From Catajapyx aquilonaris (lineage: Eukaryota), in the NCBI GenBank assembly GCA_000934665.2, contig KZ538673.1:1-54825 (forward strand): a stretch of DNA of 54,825 bases. The letters run 5' to 3'. The translations under genes were made by a program, and so were the position numbers. Below are positions 49,901-54,825 of the stretch, in pieces; positions within the stretch are counted from its first letter, which is position 1, and each line of letters opens with the position of its first letter. The notes under the pieces were generated by a model. That model saw nothing but the letters and a program-made list of their open reading frames with translations, made no database searches and was not told where the DNA came from.

Positions 49901-50145
49901 CCATCATCTGAATTATCACTCTTCTCAGTGGAACATTCCAGGCGTGGTCGCTTTGTCTCAGAGCCAGATGCATAACCTATGGTGAGTGGCTCACAATGTT
50001 GAGTCACCAAAGAAGTAGTTGACTGCAGAAGCCTATTTGTCGTAGAACAGTGAAGCCAGGATGGACTTGAACTTGATGAGCATTTTGATAATAATGGGTT
50101 GGTTACAGACAGGCTGTACTTCTTAAGAAGTGGATTTTCACTCAT
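25918..50145 (-). CDS. TEP1: Telomerase protein component 1 (TROVE-domain RNP protein), 3'-partial, 11 exons, ~629 aa in window
   Basis: Exons 50145-49762, 46579-46433, 46376-46215, 45173-45045, 44987-44785, 44219-44062, 43131-42987, 38959-38813, 36446-36266, 34273-34124, 25998-25918; all GT-AG and in frame (1887 nt). TEP1-type TROVE motifs: DAEFILKVALYARRELHIRTSANFL, LPSDW, LPAALRK..FDTYQLGKYN, TLK.LI..LHI.EP..HV..LLGKKYP, MKLPTPDTWETHLS..GN, PYMALLRNLRNL, HNVPPIKG. Confidence 0.9.
26366..27167. mobile_element. Tc1/mariner MITE (CAGGGTG ends) hosting a nested MITE
   Basis: TA-CAGGGTGGTAATGAATTCAAC ... GTTGAATTCATTAACACCCTG-TA. Confidence 0.85.
26514..27095. mobile_element. Tigger/pogo-like MITE nested in the previous element
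   Basis: TA-CAGTAAAACTTCTATAAGTCGAA ... TTCGACTTGTAGAAGTTTTACTG-TA; repeated TTCGA(G/C)TTA subterminal motifs. Confidence 0.88.
27603..29456. mobile_element. TA-flanked insertion carrying a ~200-bp tandem array
   Basis: Removing it restores the host arm AACAGCTA|CTTAC; imperfect TIR TTGGGAAGACCC / GGGTCTCGCGAA. Confidence 0.65.
28350..29195 (+). repeat. Tandem array of diverged ~190-220 bp units
   Basis: GAAATCTCCT(C/A)TC(G/A)ACG recurs at 28490, 28682, 28903 and 29099. Confidence 0.85.
29834..30188 (+). mobile_element. tRNA-derived SINE with 14-bp TSD
   Basis: A box TGGCCAAGATGG, B box GGTTCGATCC; TSD AATTAAATCAGCCT at 29820-29833 and 30189-30202. Confidence 0.88.
32033..32809. mobile_element. 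TIR element built from one inverted and two direct ~230-bp units related to the 28350-29195 monomer
   Basis: Ends AATGGGGCTGGCTCA / TGATCCAGCCCCATT; units share GAATCTCCTCTCGAC..GGCACTGTCA..TTGGCCG.AAT.AATT. Confidence 0.7.
32934..33534. mobile_element. 601-bp almost fully palindromic Tc1/mariner MITE
   Basis: CAGGGTGGTCGGTAAATGGCGCACAAGCTTCAGGTAG ... CACCCTG-TA; arms of ~295 bp meet near 33235. Confidence 0.9.
34124..34273 (-). CDS. TEP1: TEP1 exon 10
   Basis: TTTACAG|FIDTALLMSVMCYMACEKCTF..ELKTKAE|GTAGGC. Confidence 0.82.
34371..35177 (-). mobile_element. Internally deleted Tc1/mariner element with transposase C-terminal remnant
   Basis: TA-CAGGGTTATCAAAAGAGAATGCGC / GCGCATTCTTTTTCGATCACTCTG-TA; minus ORF ..IKNNVCGVKT..LQHLRVRTAMVTPDMI.. 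resembles a Tc1-type C-terminus. Confidence 0.7.
35258..35450 (+). mobile_element. Decayed tRNA-SINE related to 25555-25795
   Basis: GTGCCACAACCTTCCCCCTCT vs GTGCCGCAGCCTTCCACCTCT; residual A box and core. Confidence 0.5.
35475..36158. mobile_element. Sola2-like non-autonomous element
   Basis: Perfect 33-bp TIR GAGGAGCTTGCCAGCAAATCCAGATAAATCCAC; 4-bp TSD AAGT (35471-35474, 36159-36162). GAG..CTC termini with a 4-bp TSD fit Sola. Confidence 0.8.
36266..36446 (-). CDS. TEP1: TEP1 exon 9 (end of TROVE)
   Basis: ..YKTALNKALAVATIHNVPPIKGHTVLLC..NAM|GTAAGC. Confidence 0.9.
36660..37359. mobile_element. Mariner-type MITE with ~280-bp inverted arms
   Basis: TA-CGAAGGTCATTCCAAAAATAAGTTTC ... GAAACTTATTTTTGGAATGACCCTCG-TA. 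Confidence 0.88.
37699..38630. mobile_element. Foldback element: ~400-bp near-identical inverted arms around a trinucleotide-microsatellite loop
   Basis: 37699-38099 is the near-exact reverse complement of 38225-38630; the spacer is made of (GAT/GAC/GTT/AAC/ATT)n. Confidence 0.9.
38813..38959 (-). CDS. TEP1: TEP1 exon 8
   Basis: GTTCCAG|..YLKAHAVLVETEEHL..LLERG|GTATGT; phase 2/2. Confidence 0.82.
39634..39971. mobile_element. Relative of the GGAATGACCC-ended MITE family
   Basis: Right half similar to 1-119 and 15710-15870; left end TGGGCCATC. Confidence 0.55.
40775..41385. repeat. Array of ~110-bp units in mixed orientation
   Basis: Unit CCTGTCC-CATAACGGACCCTG..CCTATTGCGG..GCGTATGGAAA..CCGCGTCGAATATAGC, forward at ~40916 and ~41110, reversed at ~40778-40885 and ~41228-41298. 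Confidence 0.8.
41828..42530. mobile_element. Diverged foldback MITE with ~240-bp arms
   Basis: ATTGCAATTTGATCTGGCATATAGATGTCG (41881) vs CGACATCTATATGCCAGATCAAATTGCAAT (42445); inner arm ends near 42070 and 42267. Confidence 0.8.
42987..43131 (-). CDS. TEP1: TEP1 exon 7 (TROVE)
   Basis: NKKVPYMALLRNLRNLVLAGVSEKHHKM..VINGKQFPV|GTAAGC. Confidence 0.93.
43420..43850. mobile_element. Palindromic MITE
   Basis: GTACCAAATCGCATTTGGGCGGACGACT (~43528) vs AGTCGTCCGCCCAAATGCGATTTGGTAC (~43750); more diverged outer arms. Confidence 0.75.
44062..44219 (-). CDS. TEP1: TEP1 exon 6 (TROVE)
   Basis: YPKTIEEFRVSKLPGEF..RMKLPTPDTWETHLSLKGNKPETWQWLL|GTAATG. Confidence 0.93.
44281..44457. mobile_element. 177-bp GC-rich hairpin MITE
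   Basis: TATACTGGCCGAGGCCTTCC.. / ..GGAAGGCCTCGGCCAGTATA; ~70-bp arms. Confidence 0.85.
44785..44987 (-). CDS. TEP1: TEP1 exon 5 (acidic linker plus TROVE)
   Basis: KEEIKKS..VTLKILISTLHIAEPVYHVLCLLGK|GTGAGT. Confidence 0.9.
45045..45173 (-). CDS. TEP1: TEP1 exon 4 (TROVE)
   Basis: NLYAQKLPAALRKVMVKKFADFDTYQLGKYNRSSQKKSCKKKR|GTATGT. Confidence 0.92.
45400..45870 (-). mobile_element. Helitron Rep (HUH endonuclease) pseudogene fragment
   Basis: LLNQFWADVCTKIEMECLNFICYKQTKL and HDVIARVF..MYAVEWQKCGLPCVHIL match the Helitron Rep region and motif 2 (EWQKRGLPHAHIL); frameshifted. Confidence 0.85.
46215..46376 (-). CDS. TEP1: TEP1 exon 3 (TROVE)
   Basis: VALYARRELHIRTSANFLVAYAS..LPSDWMDIADIYQ|GTGAGT. 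Confidence 0.93.
46433..46579 (-). CDS. TEP1: TEP1 exon 2 (start of TROVE)
   Basis: ATTTCAG|RKVVNFITTSLV..ELVAFDAEFILK|GTTTGT. Confidence 0.9.
48911..49242 (+). mobile_element. 5'-truncated tRNA-derived SINE with internal hairpins
   Basis: B box GGTTCGAACCCC; body GGTTTTCTGTGGTTT..GGCCACAGCCGCTTCC shared with 51961-52182; (AAT)n/A-rich tail. Confidence 0.8.
49762..50145 (-). CDS. TEP1: TEP1 coding exon 1 (low-complexity N-terminus)
   Basis: Acceptor at 50160, ATG at 50145, MSENPLLKKYSLSVTNPLL..YLSQIIIK|GTAAAT; joins exon 2 in phase 0. Confidence 0.75.
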
Positions 50146-50254
50146 TGTTCCTACTCCACCTGGAACAAAACAAAAGTGTCAGATCACTACTGTATTTTTT
50201 TTTTGCAAAAACAAGTCATTACCCCTCAGAATATTCCACAGCTGTTAATAAACA

Positions 50255-50544
50255 ACAACACCATCACAACATTTCCCTATAAGGGGTAGTCAGCGATGAA
50301 GGGAGACGCAAGTTAACAACACATATGAACTAAATTAAAACTTATAAAACTAAAACTATTAACTACCCGTCCCACCCCCCACCTCCTCCTGCCTCCCCGC
50401 AACCCTGCCCATCTCCGACAACGGACAGGATGGCAGGTACCCCGAGCCACCATGTGCCGACCAACAGGATCCTGTCCGGCCACTCCAGCACCCTGGTCGA
50501 CTTCACTCCCGCCCTAAGTTAAGGCATGCAGGCCCTACTCCGCT
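50255..50544 (-). mobile_element. 5'-truncated retroposon (RTE-like 3' end)
   Basis: 17-bp TSD ACAGC(T/A)GTTAATAAACA (50238-50254, 50545-50561); the minus strand ends CCCCTTATAGGG plus a (TGT)n tail. Confidence 0.7.
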
Positions 50545-50791
50545 ACAGCAGTTAATAAACATCATTCCCCGGCTTACTATTTGATGTATACCACGTCCCT
50601 ATAAAAATTACCAGAATGATTGCAAACCTAAGAAACTCCTCCGCAAAATTATTAATCGTGGGCACGTGGTTACCTCAATATGAGTTGAGAATGGGCAGAT
50701 GCAGATGATAAGAAGTCACAATTTGTTTCAATGAATTCAAACCAAAAATTTGAAATTAAACAGTCTTATTCCAACCATGCTTTGTAAATGT

Positions 50792-50792
<1 letters not shown>

Positions 50793-50845
<53 letters not shown>

Positions 50846-50872
50846 CTCCTCCTCCTCCTCCTCCTCCTCCTC
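50793..50872. repeat. Compound microsatellite (CT)n(CCT)n
   Basis: Directly visible. Confidence 0.95.
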
Positions 50873-51149
50873 CCCTCCCCCCCAGCCATTCTCCATATTC
50901 TTCCTTTCCCCATCTCCAGAATTAAATTTGCCTTGGCTTGAAGAGTTGATGTTCAAAACCACAATTTCTAGATATCAATGAAACAGCTATTTATGGAAGT
51001 AAAATAGGTCCCGGTACCCAGTGCTTGACAAAAGTTTACCCTTCCTGACCCAGCTATTAGTCTGAAAAATATCGTCATCATAGGTGCACATTTCCCCGAG
51101 TTTCGGCAGTTTTCTTGACACAGTGTTCTTGTGTTTCTGCAATTTTTCC

Positions 51150-51570
51150 AAATGGCTGATGTTAGGGAGCAAAGGATTTGTATTAAATTTTGCTTCAAGC
51201 TCAACATAACTTCAGCTGCAACCCACCGAATGCTGAACTAGGCTTTTGATGAGCAAGCTGTAAGACAAGCAATAACATATTAGTGGGTTAACCACTTCAA
51301 AGGTGGCGCGCCAAGTTCGCAGCAAAATCAACTCAATACTGATCATTTTCTTGTCATTTTAGGAATTGTACATATGTAATTTCTTCCAATATTGGTAAAA
51401 TTGTCAACAGGAAGTCTTACTGCGATGGTTTGAGACTATTCGGGCTGAAATGGCCACAGATGTGGAAGAACAGAGACTGGTTGCTGCCCCATGACAATGC
51501 GCCTGCATACACCTCACGCGTAGTCAGGGACTTCCTGACAAAAAAACAACATGACCACTGTCCCCCACCA
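51150..51570 (+). pseudogene. Decayed, internally deleted mariner transposase
   Basis: EQRICIKFCFKL..ATHRML.*AFDEQA....*WFNHFKGG (HTH) and WKNRDWLLPHDNAPAYTS.VVRDFL (HDNA catalytic motif); stops and frameshifts. Confidence 0.88.
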
Positions 51571-51960
51571 TGCCTAAAGCCGTTTGTGAGTCTGTCTGTC
51601 TGTCTGTCTGTCTGCCTCTCTGTCTCGAACACCTTCAACCTCTCCCGCCTGTATAACGGCAACCGTCATTTGCCTGCCATCTGTAATCAACCCCCAACAC
51701 CTCCATCCTCTCCTGGCCTGGGGGTGGAGCACAGATGGCAGGCAAATAAGATAAGATATATATAAGATATATAAGATATATATAAGATAGGGGTGTTGAC
51801 AATGAACCTCCATAGTTTCAACTTGCTACCATTACGCAAGTTACTGGACCATGGTGTCGAAATTGTACACATGCGAAGGAGGTACACTCGTCAAGTTTAC
51901 GTAAAAAAATCAGTAGCCTTCCACATGTGCTCCTTTAGTAGCAATCACTATTTTAAGCCA

Positions 51961-52182
51961 CCGAAGCAGGTTGGCATAGTGGATAAGGCGTCCGACTGCT
52001 AATCGGGAGGTCCTGGGTTCGAATCCCGGGGCCGGCAACTCTGACCGTGGTTTTCTGTGGTTTCCCACGGTCCTTCCAGGAAAATTCCGGAGTTGTTTCC
52101 GTCATTAACAGGCCACAGCCGCTTCCTTCCGTCCCTATTCCATCCCAAAAAGTGCAGTAAAATGAAAGCAAAGAGTTCCAGG
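51961..52182 (+). mobile_element. tRNA-derived SINE with 15-bp TSD
   Basis: A box TGGCATAGTGG, B box GGTTCGAATCC; TSD CACTATTTTAAGCCA at 51946-51960 and 52183-52197. Confidence 0.92.
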
Positions 52183-52625
52183 CACTATTTTAAGCCATTA
52201 ATCTCCCTCCTCCGAGGTTCTCTCCGTCGTGTCAGGGGTGATGGAGTACACATCATTATTTGGGCTGACCATTTTAGTAGTGTACTTTCTGTCATGGAGT
52301 TGTGGAAAGTCGAAATTTTAAATATGTCCAGCACTTCTGTGATTGACTTATGCTAGGCTAACCACCACACAACTTGTGTTTTTCCTTCTGTAGATACTAT
52401 GTTTGCATCTTCCAACAGCATCCCCCACAGGAGCACCTCCGCATCACATTGACCATTCCAAAAATTCATTATGAAAACTAGTTGAGACTTCAGACTGTTT
52501 AAACGACAAAACCCTTAAATACCTCTGCATTTCTATTTTTTACCACTCTTTGAAACTAGGGCGGTTCATTGTGGACACCCTGCATATCACTGATATCACT
52601 CAGTGGTCATAGCCTCGTGGCCTTA

Positions 52626-52822
52626 AGGCCGGTATCCACGTACGAGGAGCCAACTGCGCATGCCCAGACACGAGGAAAGAGGAAAAGTTGAAAATTTTCC
52701 ACTTTAATCCCCTTTTCGAGGGACAAGTGGGGCCCTGAGGCGACAAAGAGTCCGTCTTGACGTACAAGATTTCTTGCATAAGAGGACTCGCATACGAGGA
52801 ACTGGCACGTCGATACCGGCCT
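52626..52822. mobile_element. PIF/Harbinger-like MITE
   Basis: TTA-AGGCCGGTATCCACGT ... ACGTCGATACCGGCCT-TTA (3-bp TSD). Confidence 0.8.
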
Positions 52823-54825
52823 TTAGCGCTGCTTTGCATGGCTGAACTAAACATCCCTTCCAATGTACAGTATGTGTTATGGCTAAAGTATTTTTGCATA
52901 ATACATATTACGAGTTATTATGCAATATATATTATTTACTCAGACCATTGACCACCACGTTCAACTTTTTAAACATTGAACTTTTTAATAACAAATATTG
53001 GTCCCCTACATGACAGTCTTACACTGATGTGACAGCTACATGGACCCTCCTCCGTCGAGAATCCAGCTGGTAACTGACGGATCTTGGCTATGCCACTTGA
53101 TGTTCAACAGCTCCTACACAGGTACTGTTCACTACACAGTAGTGGCTACACCGAATTTTTCAACTATCGGCATGTGGTGCAACATCATGCTGATCAGCTA
53201 GCCATCTTCAGATATTCTGCAGGTCTACTGAAAAGTCACAGACAGTCTCGTTTCATAAACTCGCCGCAAGTGGTGCTGTATGACCGGTTCGTAAAGTGTT
53301 TAGCCGATTTTAACACTCTCAACCGGCTCTCAACCACGGTCCTGTCAACGATGCACTGCATCATGGATGGTGCTGGCAACATAGATTACATGGCTAATGG
53401 CTTGCATTATTATAATTATGTCATACGCTTGGAGAACACCGTGGCTTGGAGAAACGTCAGGCGACGGAAGAGTTTCGCGCGAACTTCGATATTTCGCACA
53501 TTTTATGTCAGCAGACCATCGCTCGCGAAGTGCTCGCGGACGAAAATTGTTGAGGTCATTCACGTACAGTACAAACTATGCAATATATTGTGGACACACG
53601 GCAGAAATTTACTATGAAACCAGTTTTGAGATTTGTCCTACCATTAGTTCTTGGTCCTACTTGCACTTGATTACATGCGAGATTTTCTGTAATATTGACT
53701 AGCATCACTATAGCATCAGCTCTTGATGCTAGTGATGCTAGTCAATACAGAAAATCCTGGCTTGGTGGCTCCTTATCTATGTTTAGGACTACTATCATGG
53801 ACTTCCACCAGGTATTTAGACTTTTAGAGCTACTTCGTGGTGTAAATAACTCAAATATGCCATTTTTTTTTCTTTTTCCTTGTGAATTTCTCCTGCATGC
53901 CCACACTAGGCCACAATCATATATAAGTTATAATGTTGCTGATTTCAGACCTGTTGCAAGTGGGCTGGCAATGGTTGCACATAGATTTTAACTATATGTC
54001 ACATCATTTCTGTATTAGAAAACAGATTACCATACTGACATATTGTTGGCATGCACCTAAGCACAAACCAAGTATACATGGTTCAGTCCTAATTATCCAA
54101 TGATCGCAATAATAGCAGAATTGCCTTACCTTGGCCACTGGTTTGCCACTGATGGGGAATTGCAGGGTTCGGTACATATGAAGAGATATGGAGTCAGTGA
54201 TCCATTCATTGGAGCAAGTCTTTATATGCAGAAGTGCTGGGGAGCAATGGGTTATTGGGTTCTGGCAGACAGAGGGGCCTTTTCACCACCAAACTCATTT
54301 ACTGCTAAACAGCTGCCTGGGTGGGTGCAAGTAAGGATGCTCCGTTCCTGTAACATCCTGGTACAAAACTCCATCGTCTCTGAGTGAGATGGCATCACTG
54401 AGTTTTGCTGCCCATCACAATTGTTATGTTATGTTTTTTTTTGTAAATGAGTAAACAGTGCGCCCCCTCTTATTTGGATCGCATCGGGGCCACGGCATTT
54501 TGGCCCAATGAAGTGGGGGTTCATGTGACACAACGGGAAAAAAACGCAAAAAATTAGACTGCACTACCAGCTTTAATCATCAAAAATGATTGCACAACAG
54601 GTGAAGGTAAAATCGTCGTATAAAAGTGACTCTGTCATTCAAATGTCATGGAAGTACAAAGTACTGTACGACTATGTACAGCCTTTCGAGTCTGCTGGGT
54701 GGAGGAGGAGGATTGAGGAGGCCTTTCGAGTCTGTCGTATATGTGATCCGGGGTGGTCACAGATCCGGGCAGGAACGTAGGGGGAGGGAGCAAGCAAATC
54801 AACGTCTGCACACATCGCTGGCTTT

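Noticed and set aside
53084..53617. 177-aa plus-strand ORF
   Set aside because: No recognisable domain or splice structure; the 3' part runs through TCGCG-repeat, MITE-like sequence.

Overview
Eukaryotic (animal, probably arthropod) genomic DNA: AT-rich and very repeat-dense, with N gaps in G/C homopolymers. Two spliced genes can be reconstructed by hand with GT-AG introns and consistent phases. (1) Plus strand: a 6-coding-exon, ~1325-aa chaoptin-like LRR type-I membrane protein (17990-24692) whose tail carries three PPxY motifs. (2) Minus strand: 11 exons (50145-25918, ~629 aa) of telomerase protein component 1 (TEP1), covering the N-terminus, TROVE domain and start of the vWA-like region. 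The TEP1 model ends on a perfect splice donor and no further exon is visible. Either the LRR gene is nested antisense in a >25 kb TEP1 intron, or TEP1 is truncated to a Ro60-like TROVE protein. The rest is stacked non-autonomous DNA transposons (Tc1/mariner, pogo, hAT, Harbinger, Sola-like, piggyBac-like), many of them near-full-length palindromes, plus modular tRNA-SINEs, mariner and Helitron relics, and a stand-alone tRNA-like element. No CRISPR array or prokaryotic system is present. Family assignments come from motif recognition only; no database search was run.
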